From the NCBI GenBank assembly GCA_964446185.1, contig CAYUNQ010000003.1:1-32782 (forward strand): a stretch of 32,782 bases of DNA, in the 5' to 3' direction. Each line of letters begins with the position of its first letter. Within the stretch, counting starts at the first letter, position 1. Made by a program: the position numbers and the translations under genes. Under the pieces are notes generated by a model. It was not told the DNA's origin and did not search any database. It saw only the letters and a program-made list of their open reading frames with translations. Source of the DNA: an uncultured Marinobacter sp. (GTDB taxonomy: Bacteria; Pseudomonadota; Gammaproteobacteria; Pseudomonadales; Oleiphilaceae). Of this stretch, positions 9,961 through 21,281 are shown in pieces.

Positions 9961-10821
9961 CTAGACCTCGGAGTGCAGCACATCCGCTGCGTACAGCGTG
10001 TTTTCCAGCAGGGTGGCAATGGTCATCGGCCCTACACCGCCAGGTACCGGGGTAATATATGCTGCCCGCTCGGCCGCGGCAGCAAAGTCCACGTCGCCAC
10101 ACAGCTTGCCGTCGGCCATCCGGTTGATGCCCACATCAATCACCGTAGCGCCGGGTTTTACCCACTCGCCTTTGATGATGCCGGGTTTACCAACGGCGGC
10201 TACCAGGATGTCTGCTTCGCTGACAAACTTCTCCAGGTTGTCTGTGAACCGGTGGCATACCGTGGTGGTGGCGCCTTTAAGTAGCAGTTCCATGCACATG
10301 GGGCGGCCGACGATGTTGGAGGCGCCCACAATCACCGCGTGCTGGCCTTTATAGGGTGTGCCAATGGAGTCCAGCAGGGTAATGACACCGGCTGGTGTGC
10401 AGGGGCGCAGGGCCGGTTTGCGCTGCATCAGCCGGCCGATGTTATAGGGGTGAAAGCCGTCAACATCTTTGTCCGGGAGGATTTTTACCAGAATCGGGTC
10501 TGCGTCCAGGTGAGAGGGCAGGGGGAGCTGGACCAGGATGCCGTCTACTGCCGGGTTTTCGTTCAGCTCGTCTATCAGGGATTCCAGGGCCTGCTGGGAG
10601 GTGTCTGCCGGCAGGTCATAGGACAGCGAAAGAATGCCGGCCTGTTCGCAGGCCTTGCGCTTGTTGCCTACATACACTTGCGAGGCGGGATCGTTGCCGA
10701 CCAGAACCACCGCCAGGCCTGGTGCGCGAAGGCCTTTGTGTTTGCGGGCTTCTACACCGGCAGCAACCTGCTGCCGGACCTGGGCGGCAATCTCTTTTCC
10801 GTTAATCAGTTTGGCGCTCAT
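9961..10821 (-). CDS. folD: Bifunctional methylenetetrahydrofolate dehydrogenase/cyclohydrolase
   Basis: Starts [12 protein letters not shown]; [32 protein letters not shown]. Confidence 0.96.
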   Translation of the reverse strand: MSAKLINGKEIAAQVRQQVAAGVEARKHKGLRAPGLAVVLVGNDPASQVYVGNKRKACEQAGILSLSYDLPADTSQQALESLIDELNENPAVDGILVQLPLPSHLDADPILVKILPDKDVDGFHPYNIGRLMQRKPALRPCTPAGVITLLDSIGTPYKGQHAVIVGASNIVGRPMCMELLLKGATTTVCHRFTDNLEKFVSEADILVAAVGKPGIIKGEWVKPGATVIDVGINRMADGKLCGDVDFAAAAERAAYITPVPGGVGPMTIATLLENTLYAADVLHSEV

Positions 10822-10994
10822 GTTTCCGTCTTGTCGGTTGGGCATGAATAGTGGTGCAGTGATGGCCGCGCATTGTCTCATGCTTCGGCAATAACGCCAA
10901 TGCAGCGTGGCCCGGCTGTACCTCCTGCGGGAACTTATCTGGCGCCGGCAGGTCTTCATGTTTACGGTTATATTGATGATTTTGAAAATCCGTG

Positions 10995-11030
10995 TTGACG
11001 GATGCCAAAGGCGCCGGTAATATGCGCGCC
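10995..11030 (+). promoter_or_regulatory. Sigma70 stable-RNA promoter with GC-rich discriminator
   Basis: TTGACG(10995-11000)-N17-TAATAT(11018-11023)-GCGCGCC, preceded by AT-rich DNA, about 40 bp before tRNA-Pro. Confidence 0.8.
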
Positions 11031-11061
11031 AACTTTGCTGAAGCACTTGTTGTTCAGTTAA

Positions 11062-11138
11062 CGGGGTATAGCGCAGTCTGGTAGCGCGCCTGCTTTGGGA
11101 GCAGGATGTCGGGAGTTCGAATCTCTCTACCCCGACCA
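11062..11138 (+). tRNA. tRNA-Pro(UGG)
   Basis: Cloverleaf; anticodon arm CCTGC-TTTGGGA-GCAGG; GTTCGAATC T-loop; encoded CCA. Confidence 0.96.
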
Positions 11139-11170
11139 TTTTCTGGATATTCAGGTGGGCGAACGGTCAA

Positions 11171-11247
11171 GCGCCCGTAGCTCAGCTGGATAGAGCATCC
11201 GCCTTCTAAGCGGATGGTCGCAGGTTCGAGTCCTGCCGGGCGCGCCA
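11171..11247 (+). tRNA. tRNA-Arg(UCU)
   Basis: GCGCCCG/CGGGCGC acceptor stem; TCCGC-CTTCTAA-GCGGA; encoded CCA. Confidence 0.96.
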
Positions 11248-11334
11248 TACTGCTCGACGCAGGTTGGCACCGGACTCGCCGAACCAGCAAAGTTGAAGTA
11301 AGCAGATGCGTACCGTAAGGTACCTTCCTGATGT

Positions 11335-11411
11335 GGTGGACGTAGCTCAGTTGGTAGAGCTCAGGATTGTGACTCCTGCGGTCGAGGGTTCGAACCCCTT
11401 CGTCCACCCCA
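11335..11411 (+). tRNA. tRNA-His(GUG)
   Basis: G-1 plus GTGGACG/CGTCCAC-C-CCA; CAGGA-TTGTGAC-TCCTG. Confidence 0.96.
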
Positions 11412-11477
11412 CTTTTCCCCTTGTTTGTTTCCGCAGTTCTGACCTTCCCGTTCCGGGATCAGCCCTGCGTTGGTTAC

Positions 11478-11562
11478 GCGAGAGTGGCGGAATTGGTAGA
11501 CGCACTGGATTTAGGTTCCAGCGGGGCAACCTGTGAGAGTTCAAGTCTCTCCTCTCGCACCA
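11478..11562 (+). tRNA. tRNA-Leu(UAG)
   Basis: GCGAGAG/CTCTCGC acceptor stem; CTGGA-TTTAGGT-TCCAG; long variable arm; encoded CCA. Confidence 0.96.
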
Positions 11563-11779
11563 CCCTTTCTTTTTCCTGATTTATCCCCATCTTTTGTCCA
11601 GGCCGGTTGTGGTACTGGTCGCAATCCGTTATTCCTGCGTGTCGGGTGATTCTCTCGGCAGGGTAAACCGTGATAAACTACCGGCTTTTAATTTTGCGTC
11701 CCTTTGGGCTAAACCGCTCCATTCGGGATTTTGTTTTAATTTTCATTCACATACAGAATCTGTAATTTGAGGATCTTCC

Positions 11780-13084
11780 ATGCAAGTGTCTGTTGAAACG
11801 ACCTCCAACATCGAGCGTCGCATGACGATTGGTGTGCCCGCCCAGGAAATTGACCAGGCGGTCCAGAAACGCCTGCAGGAAACTGCCCGTACTGTTCGCC
11901 TGAACGGTTTCCGTCCCGGCAAGGTGCCCATGAGCGTGGTCAAGCGTCGTTTCGGTGACAGCGTGCGCCAGGAAATTGTCGGCGAGGTTATGCGCGACAA
12001 CTACATCAAGGCACTGCAGGAGCAGGACATCAATCCCGCTGGCTGGCCGCGGTTTGAGCCGAAGACCATGGAAGAGGGCAAAGACCTCGAGTTCGTGGCT
12101 ATCTTCGAAGTTCTGCCAGAAATCGAGCTCGGTGACCTGAGCAAGGTTGAAGTTGAGAAGCCGGTCTCTGAAGTAACCGACAAGGATATCGACACCATGA
12201 TCGATAACCTGCGTCGTCAGCAGTCCACCTTGAAAGAAGTTAAGCGCAAGTCCAAGAACAAGGACGTTGTGACCATCGACTTCAAGGGTTCTATTGACGG
12301 TGAAGAATTTGAAGGTGGCGCCGCTGAAGGTCACCGCCTGACACTGGGCTCTGGCCAGATGATCCCGGGCTTCGAAAAAGGCATCGTGGGCGGTAAGGCC
12401 GGCGAGGAGCTGGAAATCGACGTGGAATTCCCGGCGGATTACCACAACGAAGAACTGGCTGGTAAGCCTGCCAAGTTCGCCATCACCATTCACAAGGTTG
12501 AAGAGCCCCAGCTGCCTGAGCTGGACCAGGAATTCTTCAAGCGTTTCGGTATCGAAGCCGAAGACGAAGCCGCCTTCCGTGAAGAAGTGAAGAAGAACAT
12601 GGAGCGCGAGCTCAAGCAGGCGGTATCCAACAAGGTCAAGAACGACGTGGTTGACGGCCTGCTGGCAACTACCGAGCTGGACATTCCGGCTGCCTTGGTT
12701 GACCAGGAAATCGACCGCCTGCGCCAGGACGCCGTTCAGCGTTTCGGCGGCCAGGTTGACTTCCAGCAGCTGCCCAAGGAAATCTTCGAAGATCAGGCCA
12801 AGCGCCGCGTGAAGACCGGCTTGCTGTTCCAGGAAGTGGTCAAGAAGAACGACCTGAAGGCAGACGATGCCAAGGTTGAAGAAAAGATTCAGGAAATCGC
12901 TTCTACCTACGAGCAGCCGGAAGAAGTTATCGCCCACTTCAGCAGCAACCCGGACCAGAAGGCCCAGATTGAGTCTTCGGTCCTGGAAGATGCAGTGGTC
13001 GATTACGTTCTGGCCCAGGCCAAGGTAAGCGAGAAGAAAATGAAGTACGAAGAAGCGGTCGCTGCTGGTCAGCCGCAGCGCTGA
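11780..13084 (+). CDS. tig: Trigger factor
   Basis: GFRPGKVP ribosome-binding signature, FKBP domain (FEGG..MIPGFE); upstream of clpP. Confidence 0.97.
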   Translation: MQVSVETTSNIERRMTIGVPAQEIDQAVQKRLQETARTVRLNGFRPGKVPMSVVKRRFGDSVRQEIVGEVMRDNYIKALQEQDINPAGWPRFEPKTMEEGKDLEFVAIFEVLPEIELGDLSKVEVEKPVSEVTDKDIDTMIDNLRRQQSTLKEVKRKSKNKDVVTIDFKGSIDGEEFEGGAAEGHRLTLGSGQMIPGFEKGIVGGKAGEELEIDVEFPADYHNEELAGKPAKFAITIHKVEEPQLPELDQEFFKRFGIEAEDEAAFREEVKKNMERELKQAVSNKVKNDVVDGLLATTELDIPAALVDQEIDRLRQDAVQRFGGQVDFQQLPKEIFEDQAKRRVKTGLLFQEVVKKNDLKADDAKVEEKIQEIASTYEQPEEVIAHFSSNPDQKAQIESSVLEDAVVDYVLAQAKVSEKKMKYEEAVAAGQPQR

Positions 13085-13121
13085 TCAGGCCCGGGCTTTT
13101 TTGCCCGGTGCCGCTTTCTGG

Positions 13122-13147
13122 AAACAGCCGGCGTGTCCGGCTGTTTT
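13122..13147 (+). terminator. Hairpin/probable terminator after tig
   Basis: AAACAGCCGG-CGTGT-CCGGCTGTTT-T. Confidence 0.55.
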
Positions 13148-13259
13148 CATCTGGGCTTACTGCTGGCAGAGTATATGTATTCAGGGGTGTCCTGATCGCC
13201 AAATCAGGATATCCTCCGCAGGAGTCCATGCCCATTGTCCATAAGGAGTTCAGGCGCAC

Positions 13260-13895
13260 ATGACGCAGAAACCGTTTGATGGCCCTACAATGATAACCAG
13301 CGCCGGCCTGGTGCCGATGGTAATTGAGCAGACGGCACGTGGAGAGCGTTCCTTCGACATTTATTCACGTCTGCTCAAGGAGCGGGTGATTTTTCTGGTT
13401 GGCCCGGTTGAAGACCATATGGCGAACCTTGTGGTTGCCCAGCTGCTGTTCCTGGAATCCGAGAACCCGGACAAAGACATCCATCTGTATATCAACAGCC
13501 CGGGCGGCGCGGTAACGGCGGGTATGTCTATTTACGACACCATGCAGTTTATCAAGCCGGACGTTGCTACCCTGTGTATCGGCCAGGCGGCCAGCATGGG
13601 TGCCTTCCTGTTGGCCGGTGGCGCCAAGGGCAAGCGTGCCTGCCTGCCGAATTCCCGTGTGATGATTCACCAGCCGCTGGGTGGCTATCAGGGGCAGGCA
13701 ACGGATATCGAGATCCACACCCGTGAGATCCTGAAGATCCGTGACACCCTGAACTCGCTGCTGGCCCACCATACCGGCCAGGATCTGGAAACCATTGCCC
13801 GGGATACCGACCGTGATAATTTCATGGATCCGATCCAGGCGAAGGAATACGGGCTGATCGATACAGTGCTTGATAAGCGCGTAGCGAATCAATAA
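13260..13895 (+). CDS. clpP: ATP-dependent Clp protease proteolytic subunit
   Basis: [22 protein letters not shown] (catalytic Ser), MIHQP, DRDNFM. Confidence 0.97.
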   Translation: MTQKPFDGPTMITSAGLVPMVIEQTARGERSFDIYSRLLKERVIFLVGPVEDHMANLVVAQLLFLESENPDKDIHLYINSPGGAVTAGMSIYDTMQFIKPDVATLCIGQAASMGAFLLAGGAKGKRACLPNSRVMIHQPLGGYQGQATDIEIHTREILKIRDTLNSLLAHHTGQDLETIARDTDRDNFMDPIQAKEYGLIDTVLDKRVANQ

Positions 13896-13970
13896 TACTG
13901 AAAGTCATCGCATCATTCCTGGTCGGCGTACAGGTAACTGTGCCGGCCAATGAAGAACAGAGGTATTTCA

Positions 13971-15254
13971 ATGGCAGATGAAAGAAACGGCAGAGGCGAC
14001 GATAACGGCAAGTTGCTGTACTGCTCGTTTTGTGGAAAGAGCCAGCATGAAGTCCGTAAGCTCATTGCAGGGCCTTCGGTGTTCATCTGCGACGAGTGTG
14101 TTGACCTGTGCAACGACATCATCCGGGAAGAAATTCAGGACAACGCCCAGGAGGAGGCCAGCGACCGGCTTCCGACACCGGCCGAGATCCGTGAAACCCT
14201 GAATGAGTATGTTATTGGCCAGGATCGCGCCAAGGTTGTTCTGTCTGTTGCGGTCTATAACCACTACAAGCGTTTGCGCTATGGCGAGGGCAAGAGCGAC
14301 GTTGAGCTGGGCAAGAGTAACATCCTGCTGATCGGGCCGACCGGTAGTGGTAAGACCCTGCTGGCTGAGACCCTGGCTCGTATGCTCAATGTGCCCTTTA
14401 CGATTGCCGACGCAACCACGCTGACGGAAGCCGGCTATGTGGGTGAGGATGTCGAGAACATCATCCAGAAGCTGCTGCAGAAGTGCGACTACGATGTCGA
14501 AAAGGCCCAGCGCGGTATCGTCTACATTGACGAGATCGACAAGATTTCCCGTAAGTCTGACAATCCCTCTATTACCCGGGATGTATCCGGTGAGGGTGTT
14601 CAGCAGGCGCTGCTCAAACTGATCGAAGGTACTGTGGCTTCGGTTCCGCCCCAGGGCGGCCGCAAGCATCCGCAGCAGGAATTCCTGCAGGTGGATACCA
14701 CGAACATGCTGTTCATTTGTGGTGGTGCCTTTGCTGGGCTGGAAAAGGTGATTCAGGAGCGCTCCGAGCGCAGCTCCATCGGGTTCTCTGCGACGGTTAA
14801 GAGCCCGGATGACAGCAAGAACACCGGTGACATCATCCGTGATGTGGAAACGGAAGACCTGGTGAAGTTCGGCCTGATTCCGGAGTTTGTCGGACGTCTG
14901 CCGGTTGTGGCTACGCTGACAGAGCTGGATGAAGAAGCACTGGTGCAGATCCTGACCGAACCGCGAAATGCGCTGACCAAGCAGTACCAGAAGCTGTTCG
15001 ACATGGAAGGTGTGGAGCTGGATTTCCGTGAAGACGCCCTGCGGGCGGTGGCCAGAAAGGCTATGGTGCGCAAGACGGGCGCCCGGGGCCTGCGGTCCAT
15101 CATGGAAGCCACGTTGCTGGACACCATGTACCAGATTCCCTCCGAGCATGATGTTGCCAAGGTGGTAATCGATGAAAGTGTGATCAAGGGCGACTCCGAG
15201 CCGTTCAAGATCTACTCGAGCAGTGATCATGCCAAGGCGGTCCCGGAAGATTAA
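13971..15254 (+). CDS. clpX: ATP-dependent Clp protease ATP-binding subunit
   Basis: Zn finger CSFC..CDEC, Walker [18 protein letters not shown] loop; GAGG RBS before ATG 13971. Confidence 0.97.
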   Translation: MADERNGRGDDNGKLLYCSFCGKSQHEVRKLIAGPSVFICDECVDLCNDIIREEIQDNAQEEASDRLPTPAEIRETLNEYVIGQDRAKVVLSVAVYNHYKRLRYGEGKSDVELGKSNILLIGPTGSGKTLLAETLARMLNVPFTIADATTLTEAGYVGEDVENIIQKLLQKCDYDVEKAQRGIVYIDEIDKISRKSDNPSITRDVSGEGVQQALLKLIEGTVASVPPQGGRKHPQQEFLQVDTTNMLFICGGAFAGLEKVIQERSERSSIGFSATVKSPDDSKNTGDIIRDVETEDLVKFGLIPEFVGRLPVVATLTELDEEALVQILTEPRNALTKQYQKLFDMEGVELDFREDALRAVARKAMVRKTGARGLRSIMEATLLDTMYQIPSEHDVAKVVIDESVIKGDSEPFKIYSSSDHAKAVPED

Positions 15255-15280
15255 TTTTTCATCCGTGATCAGGCATCAGG

Positions 15281-15307
15281 AAAAAGGGGCGGCAACGCCC
15301 CTTTTTT
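15281..15307 (+). terminator. Intrinsic terminator after clpX
   Basis: AAAAAGGGGCG-GCAA-CGCCCCTTTTTT. Confidence 0.9.
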
Positions 15308-15355
15308 CATGGCCTCGAAGGAATAGCCCGCCTGGGTTTTCCTGACGTAAAAAGA

Positions 15356-15380
15356 TTGCAATTTATGTCTGCGCCCCAAT
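15356..15380 (+). promoter_or_regulatory. Putative sigma32 (RpoH) promoter of lon
   Basis: TTGCAA...CCCCAAT resembles the TTGAA-N13/14-CCCCAT consensus; lies after the clpX terminator; lon is a typical heat-shock gene. Confidence 0.55.
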
Positions 15381-15422
15381 GATGGGTGGTATGCTGAAAT
15401 AAACGCTGTCAGAGGATTCCCT

Positions 15423-17840
15423 ATGACCCGTATACCTGAAGAAACCGTGAAAGAATATCCGCTGCTCCCGCTGCGGGATGTGGTGGTGTTTCCGCACATG
15501 GTGGTGCCACTGTTCGTTGGCCGAGAAAAGTCCATCCAGGCTCTGGAAGCCGCGATGGAGGGTGGCAAGGAAATCCTTCTGGTTGCCCAGAAAGACGCTG
15601 CTACTGATGAGCCCGGTCCAAAAGATGTGTTCGCCATGGGCACCCTGGCCACTGTGCTGCAAATGCTCCGGTTGCCCGACGGCACTGTGAAAGTGCTGGT
15701 AGAGGGTAATGCCCGGGTGAGTATCACCGGTATCGAAGAGGCCGACTACCTGCTTGGCCAGGCGCTGCTGATGGATGAGGAATCCCTGCCCGAGCGGGAA
15801 GCAGATGTGCTCACCAAGACCCTGATGGACGAGTTCGAGAAGTACGTGAAATTGTCCAAGAAGGTGCCTTCAGAGGTGTCTAATGCGCTGACTGGCATCA
15901 CCGAGCTTGAGCGCCTGGTGGATACCATGGCGGCGCACCTGGATATGCGCATTCCAGAGAAGCAGGAATTGCTGGAGGCGCTGGACATCCGCAAGCGCGT
16001 TGATTTGCTGCTGGGCAAGCTGGACGGCGAGATCGACCTGATTGAAGTCGAGAAGCGTATTCGTGGCCGTGTGAAGAAGCAGATGGAGCGCAGCCAGCGG
16101 GAGTATTACCTGAACGAACAGATGAAGGCCATCCAGAAGGAGATGGGCAATCTGGGCGAGGGTAACAACGATTTTGAAGAACTCGAGCAAAAGCTCGAGG
16201 CAGCCGGGCTGCCCGAAGAAGCCCGCAAGAAGACCGAAGCAGAGCTGAACAAGCTGAAGATGATGTCGCCCATGTCGGCGGAGGCCACTGTTGTGCGGGG
16301 CTACATCGACTGGATGCTGGCGGTGCCCTGGAAGAAGCGTAGCCGTGTTCGCCATGACCTGCAAAAGGCCCGCGAGATTCTGGACCAGGACCACTACGGT
16401 CTGGATGAAGTTAAAAAACGCATTCTCGAGTACCTGGCGGTGCAAAGCCGGGTCAAGAAAGTAAAAGGGCCGGTACTGTGTCTGGTGGGGCCTCCCGGTG
16501 TGGGTAAGACCTCGTTGGGTCAGTCCATCGCCAAGGCTACTAACCGGAAATACACTCGGATGGCCCTGGGCGGTGTTCGTGACGAAGCGGAAATCCGTGG
16601 TCACCGCAAGACGTACATCGGTGCCTTGCCGGGCAAGCTGTTACAGAAGCTGGCCAAGGTAGAAGTGAAGAACCCGCTGTTCTTGTTCGATGAAATCGAC
16701 AAGATGGGCATGGATCATCGGGGCGACCCGGCCTCGGCCTTGCTTGAGGTGCTGGATCCGGAACAGAACCACACCTTTAATGATCATTACCTGGAAGTGG
16801 ACTACGACCTTTCCGATGTGATGTTTGTGTGCACCTCTAACTCCATGGATATTCCGTCGGCCCTGCTGGACCGTATGGAAGTTATCCGGATTCCGGGTTA
16901 CACCGAAGCTGAAAAGGTGAACATTGCCTTGCGTTACCTGCTGCCCAAGCAGATTAAGGCCAACGGCTTGCGCAAGGATGAGCTCAAGGTGCCGGAAGAG
17001 ACCTTGCGTGACCTGATCCGCTACTACACCCGGGAAGCCGGTGTGCGTGGCTTGGAGCGTGAGATTGCCAAGATCTGCCGGAAGGTGGTTAGGGAGCATG
17101 TGGAAAGTAGCGACACCGCTTCGGTAACCCTGACGCCGGAGATGCTGGAAGACTATTCCGGAGTGAAGAAGTACTCGTACGGCCTGGCTGAAGAGAGCAA
17201 CCAGGTCGGTCAGGTGACCGGACTGGCCTGGACCCAGGTGGGCGGCGAATTGCTGACCATCGAGTGTGCGCTGACACCCGGCAAGGGCCGCGTAGTGAAG
17301 ACAGGTTCGCTGGGCGATGTCATGCAGGAGTCTATTCAGACCGCGCTCACCGTGGTTCGTAGCCGGGCTGCCGGGCTGGGAATTCCCGAAGATTTCCACG
17401 AAAAGCATGACCTGCACATCCACGTTCCGGAAGGTGCGACCCCGAAAGACGGCCCCAGTGCCGGTATCGGCATGTGCACAGCGCTGGTTTCTGCGCTGAC
17501 CAAGATTCCCGTGCGCGCCGACGTAGCCATGACCGGTGAGATTACGTTGCGGGGCCGGGTACTACCCATTGGGGGCCTGAAAGAAAAGCTGCTGGCAGCT
17601 CATCGTGGCGGCATCAAGACGGTCTTGATTCCTGATGAAAATGTCCGTGATCTCAAGGAGATACCGGATAACATCAAAGAATCCGTGGAGATCCGTGCAG
17701 TGAAGTGGATCGATGAGGTTCTGGATATTGCCCTGGAATACGCACCGGACCCTTCAGTGGAAAACAGCACAACCAAGACGGCGTCTGCAAAAGCAAATGA
17801 AGATGCCAGTGATGTTACCGAGCGCATAAATACTCACTAA
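15423..17840 (+). CDS. lon: Lon protease (endopeptidase La)
   Basis: [31 protein letters not shown] (catalytic Ser), GGLKEK. Confidence 0.97.
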   Translation: MTRIPEETVKEYPLLPLRDVVVFPHMVVPLFVGREKSIQALEAAMEGGKEILLVAQKDAATDEPGPKDVFAMGTLATVLQMLRLPDGTVKVLVEGNARVSITGIEEADYLLGQALLMDEESLPEREADVLTKTLMDEFEKYVKLSKKVPSEVSNALTGITELERLVDTMAAHLDMRIPEKQELLEALDIRKRVDLLLGKLDGEIDLIEVEKRIRGRVKKQMERSQREYYLNEQMKAIQKEMGNLGEGNNDFEELEQKLEAAGLPEEARKKTEAELNKLKMMSPMSAEATVVRGYIDWMLAVPWKKRSRVRHDLQKAREILDQDHYGLDEVKKRILEYLAVQSRVKKVKGPVLCLVGPPGVGKTSLGQSIAKATNRKYTRMALGGVRDEAEIRGHRKTYIGALPGKLLQKLAKVEVKNPLFLFDEIDKMGMDHRGDPASALLEVLDPEQNHTFNDHYLEVDYDLSDVMFVCTSNSMDIPSALLDRMEVIRIPGYTEAEKVNIALRYLLPKQIKANGLRKDELKVPEETLRDLIRYYTREAGVRGLEREIAKICRKVVREHVESSDTASVTLTPEMLEDYSGVKKYSYGLAEESNQVGQVTGLAWTQVGGELLTIECALTPGKGRVVKTGSLGDVMQESIQTALTVVRSRAAGLGIPEDFHEKHDLHIHVPEGATPKDGPSAGIGMCTALVSALTKIPVRADVAMTGEITLRGRVLPIGGLKEKLLAAHRGGIKTVLIPDENVRDLKEIPDNIKESVEIRAVKWIDEVLDIALEYAPDPSVENSTTKTASAKANEDASDVTERINTH

Positions 17841-17855
17841 TGCCGGGATGAGTTG

Positions 17856-17885
17856 TTGACACGCCGGAGAGCCCGTTGGTATAAC
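17856..17885 (+). promoter_or_regulatory. Sigma70 promoter of hupB
   Basis: TTGACA(17856-17861)-N18-TATAAC(17880-17885) with extended -10 TG. Confidence 0.75.
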
Positions 17886-18077
17886 TGTTTCGCCGTGAAG
17901 CAGCCAATACCAAGGGCTCCCGCGCAGTATGTGCCTATTCCGATCACCGGTGAAACGCCGCAAGGAATAATAAAACAGAAGAATGGAATTATCCGACTGC
18001 TTATGCGATAGTCGGAAAAGTCCGCAAAAAACAAACCGACCTATAACATCTTCAACCTGAAATCGAAGGGGTTTAGT

Positions 18078-18350
18078 GTGAACAAGTCCGAACTGATCGA
18101 CGCAATTGCAGAATCCGCAGATATTTCGAAAGCAGCAGCTGGCCGTGCGCTGGATGCAATGACCAGCTCCATCACCGGTGCCCTGAAGAGCGGCGACCAG
18201 GTTACCCTGATCGGTTTTGGTACCTTCTCTGTGAAAGAGCGTGCAGCCCGTACTGGCCGCAACCCGCAGACTGGCGCTGAAATCAAGATCGCGGCCTCTA
18301 AAGTACCTGGCTTCAAAGCAGGTAAGGCCCTGAAAGACGCCGTTAAGTAA
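18078..18350 (+). CDS. hupB: DNA-binding protein HU-beta
   Basis: [27 protein letters not shown]; GTG start; lon-hupB-ppiD synteny. Confidence 0.96.
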   Translation: MNKSELIDAIAESADISKAAAGRALDAMTSSITGALKSGDQVTLIGFGTFSVKERAARTGRNPQTGAEIKIAASKVPGFKAGKALKDAVK

Positions 18351-18400
18351 CGGTTCTTTCTTTGGCGGCTTTCGCGCGCGGGAGCTGCCGCAGGAACTCG

Positions 18401-18430
18401 AGGCGCATTCCGTAAAGGGTGCGCCTTTTT
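18401..18430 (+). terminator. Intrinsic terminator after hupB
   Basis: AGGCGCATTC-CGTAAA-GGGTGCGCCT-TTTT (stem with G-U pairs). Confidence 0.75.
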
Positions 18431-18506
18431 GCGTTAAGAAGGGGCGGCCTGACTCGCTCTTCGCCAACAACATCCGCACGACCTTGAACAGGGATTCAGG
18501 AATAAC

Positions 18507-20351
18507 ATGCTTCAAGATATTCGGGATAATGCCCAGGGCACCATCGCAAAGGTTATTATCGGCCTTTTGATCATTTCCTTGTCGATCTGGGGGATGGACG
18601 CGATCATCGGCGGCTTCTCCGGAGAGCCGGAAGTGGCCACGGTTAACGGCAACGAAATTACCGAACGGGAATTCCTGCGCACCGTGCAGCTGGAAATGCA
18701 GCAGCGTCTCATGCAGATGGATGATCCGGACCCTTCACTGGTGGATGAAGACCAGGTTCGACGGGATGTGCTGGAAGCGCTGATTCAGGAAGCTGTGCTT
18801 ACCCAGGATGCCGCCAACCAGGGTCTCGAACTCTCTGACGCAGACATTGACTCCCTGATCACCCAGATGCCTCAGTTCCAGGTGGATGGCCAGTTCAATC
18901 GGGATCGCTTTGTTGCCACAGTGCGTAATCTGGGCATGGGGGTTGCCGAGTTCCGTGAGACCCTGCGTAAGAACTACGTTGTAAACCAGATCCGTGCAGC
19001 CATCGCCCAGACCGGCGTGGCAGTTCCTGTGCAGGCTGAGCAGTTGCTGGCAATCCAGAACCAGACCCGGGACTTCCGGGTACTGACCATCGATGCCGAG
19101 GCGGTAGCTGACCAGGTAGCATTGTCTGATGAAGAAGTAGAGATCTACTACGAGGACAACAAGGACCAGTTCCGTAAGCCTGAGCAGGTTACTGCTGCCT
19201 TTATTTCGCTGTCACTGGAGGCGCTGGCAGGAGCCATTGAGGTTTCCGAAGAAGAAGTGCAGGCGTATTACCGGGAACGGGCTGAAGACTTTGCCCGGGA
19301 AGAGCGGCGTGCCGCGCACATCCTGATTGAGGCCGGCCCTGAGGCTGCGGACACCATTGCTGCTATCCAGCAGCGGCTGGGCGACGGTGAGTCCTTCGCC
19401 GACCTTGCTGAAGAGTTTTCAGTGGATACGGTTTCAGCCCGTGATGGTGGCGACCTGGGCTTTGCCGGTCGCGGTGTTTACGACGAAGCGTTTGAAGAGG
19501 CGCTGTTCGCCTTGGAAGAGGGAGCCACGTCTGGTCCGGTAGAAACCAGTTTCGGTATCCACCTGATCCGTCTGGAAGCGGTTCGCCGGGCAGACGTTCC
19601 ATCCTTCGGGCAGCTGGAAACCGAGCTGCGTAAAGAGCTGGCTGCCGCCCGGGCAACCGAGCGTTTTGCCGAAGTTCGCGCCCAGCTGGCAGACGCGGCT
19701 TACGCCGCTGATGACCTGTCTGGCCCGGCTGCCGAGCTCGGCCTGGAGGTTCAGGAAATTTCCGGTGTGAGCCGTGATGGTGGTCCTGCGCCCTTTAATC
19801 ACCCCGGCCTGGTTCGTCAGCTGTTTTCCGCTGATGTGCTTGAGGGTGGCTATAACACCGAGCTGATCGATGTGCAGAACAATGTGGCCGTGGTTGCCCG
19901 GGTACGGGAACACCAGCAGCCAACGCAACTGGCGCTGGCAGATGTTGAGGGCAAGATTCGTGAGCTGCTGCTGAACCGCGCAACCCGGAAAGCCCTGGAT
20001 GATCGTGCTGCCTCCGTGGTAGCGGCGGTGGAAGCCGGCGAGCAGCCGCAGGCGGACCAGTGGCAGAGTTTTGAGGGTGAGGGCCGCAATGTGGCCGGGC
20101 TTGCCCCGTATGTTGCCCAGGCCGTGTTCTCCCTGCCGCACCCCGAGGGTGGTCAGCCGGTTGTTGGTAAAACGCTGGGAGATCGCGAGGTGGCAGTGAT
20201 CGTTCTGGACGCCGTGAATCCCGGCACTGTTGAGCAGGACAACCCGGAGTTCCGTCAACTGCAGCAGTTCCTGGCTCAGCTTGAAGGCCAGCGGGAGTAT
20301 CAGGCCTACCAGCAGTACCTGCGAAACACCGCAGACGTCGAGCGTAATTAA
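18507..20351 (+). CDS. ppiD: Membrane-anchored periplasmic chaperone/PPIase D
   Basis: N-terminal TM anchor, SurA-like N-domain, parvulin domain (AAHILI, S.D..SARDGGDLG, PVETSFGIHLI); synteny. Confidence 0.92.
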   Translation: MLQDIRDNAQGTIAKVIIGLLIISLSIWGMDAIIGGFSGEPEVATVNGNEITEREFLRTVQLEMQQRLMQMDDPDPSLVDEDQVRRDVLEALIQEAVLTQDAANQGLELSDADIDSLITQMPQFQVDGQFNRDRFVATVRNLGMGVAEFRETLRKNYVVNQIRAAIAQTGVAVPVQAEQLLAIQNQTRDFRVLTIDAEAVADQVALSDEEVEIYYEDNKDQFRKPEQVTAAFISLSLEALAGAIEVSEEEVQAYYRERAEDFAREERRAAHILIEAGPEAADTIAAIQQRLGDGESFADLAEEFSVDTVSARDGGDLGFAGRGVYDEAFEEALFALEEGATSGPVETSFGIHLIRLEAVRRADVPSFGQLETELRKELAAARATERFAEVRAQLADAAYAADDLSGPAAELGLEVQEISGVSRDGGPAPFNHPGLVRQLFSADVLEGGYNTELIDVQNNVAVVARVREHQQPTQLALADVEGKIRELLLNRATRKALDDRAASVVAAVEAGEQPQADQWQSFEGEGRNVAGLAPYVAQAVFSLPHPEGGQPVVGKTLGDREVAVIVLDAVNPGTVEQDNPEFRQLQQFLAQLEGQREYQAYQQYLRNTADVERN

Positions 20352-20368
20352 CGGTTAGTCTGAGTATG

Positions 20369-20398
20369 AAAAAGGGTGCCTGCGGGCACCCTTTTTTT
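20369..20398. terminator. Bidirectional terminator between ppiD and hexR
   Basis: AAAAAGGGTGCC-TGCG-GGCACCCTTTTTTT. Confidence 0.9.
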
Positions 20399-20408
20399 GT
20401 GTCTGATT

Positions 20409-21281
20409 TCAGCCCTGGGGGAGGCGGGTAGCCTTCAGGCTTTCCTTTATCTTCTTCAGGTGGTCCAGAAAGTCTGGTCCGCGCTTGAGGGTGACCCCGG
20501 TGGCCAGGATGTCGATCACCGTCAGGTGAATAATCCTGGACGACATCGGCATGTACACCTCGGTGTCTTCCTGTGCGGTAACCCCCACGATGGTGGTGCA
20601 GGCTTCTGCCAGTGGGGAGTTCGGGTTGGTTATGCCAATTACCGTAGCGCCATTGGCCCGGGCCAGGTGGGCAATCTCTATGGTTTCCCGTGTTCGCCCG
20701 GTGAAGGAAATCAGCACAATGGCGTCGCCTACGCCGGAGCCGGCGGCAACCATCCGTTGCATCAAGGCGTCATCGTAGGATGATACCGGGATGTTGAAGC
20801 GGAAAAACTTGTGTTGTGCGTCCAGGGCAACAGAAGCGGAGCCGCCCATTCCGAAAAAGGCAATCTGCTTGGCCTGGATCAGGTAGTCCACCACTGTGGC
20901 GATGTCCTGGGGGTCCAGTGCCTGCCTGGTCTTGTCCAGATTGGCGATGGTGCTGAGCATGATTTTCTCGGCGTATTCCGCTGGCGTATCATCTGGCTCG
21001 ATATCCTGCCCCACATAGGGAGTGCCGGTAGCGATGCTCTGGGCAAGCCGGATTTTGAAATCCGGGAAGCCAGTGGCCGAAAAGCCCCGGCAGAAGCGGT
21101 TTACCGTTGGCTCGCTTACGTTTGCTGCCCGGGCCAGGGCGGCAATGGAGTAGCGGGTTGCCGCGCTGGGGTCTCTCAGGATGGCATCGGCTACCTTGCG
21201 CTCGGACTTGTTCAGTGACTCCAGGCGGCTCTGGATCTGCTCCAGCAGGTTGTCGTCTCGGCGCATCGGGTTCTCCGCCAT
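20409..21281 (-). CDS. hexR: RpiR-family regulator HexR
   Basis: RpiR HTH ([27 protein letters not shown]) plus SIS domain ([23 protein letters not shown]); divergent from zwf; AGGGAG RBS before ATG 21281. Confidence 0.92.
   Translation of the reverse strand: MAENPMRRDDNLLEQIQSRLESLNKSERKVADAILRDPSAATRYSIAALARAANVSEPTVNRFCRGFSATGFPDFKIRLAQSIATGTPYVGQDIEPDDTPAEYAEKIMLSTIANLDKTRQALDPQDIATVVDYLIQAKQIAFFGMGGSASVALDAQHKFFRFNIPVSSYDDALMQRMVAAGSGVGDAIVLISFTGRTRETIEIAHLARANGATVIGITNPNSPLAEACTTIVGVTAQEDTEVYMPMSSRIIHLTVIDILATGVTLKRGPDFLDHLKKIKESLKATRLPQG

Noticed and set aside
10822-11139. 106-aa N-terminal extension of FolD in the ORF track
   Set aside because: Runs antisense through tRNA-Pro and its promoter; FolD homology starts at MSAKLING (10821)
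11054-11544. ORFs overlapping the tRNA cluster
   Set aside because: Typical spurious translations of tRNA genes
11062-11600. Integrative element at the tRNA genes
   Set aside because: No integrase and no duplicated tRNA 3' end seen; tig follows directly as in the usual synteny
4420-15230. Long antisense ORFs (4420-5820, 6024-7226, 8451-9851, 11747-12937, 13968-15230; also 1256-2110 and 30674-32065)
   Set aside because: Mirror frames of strongly codon-biased high-GC genes, with no recognisable motifs
17754-18515. 253-aa minus-strand ORF across hupB
   Set aside because: Antisense to hupB, its promoter and terminator; composition does not look protein-like
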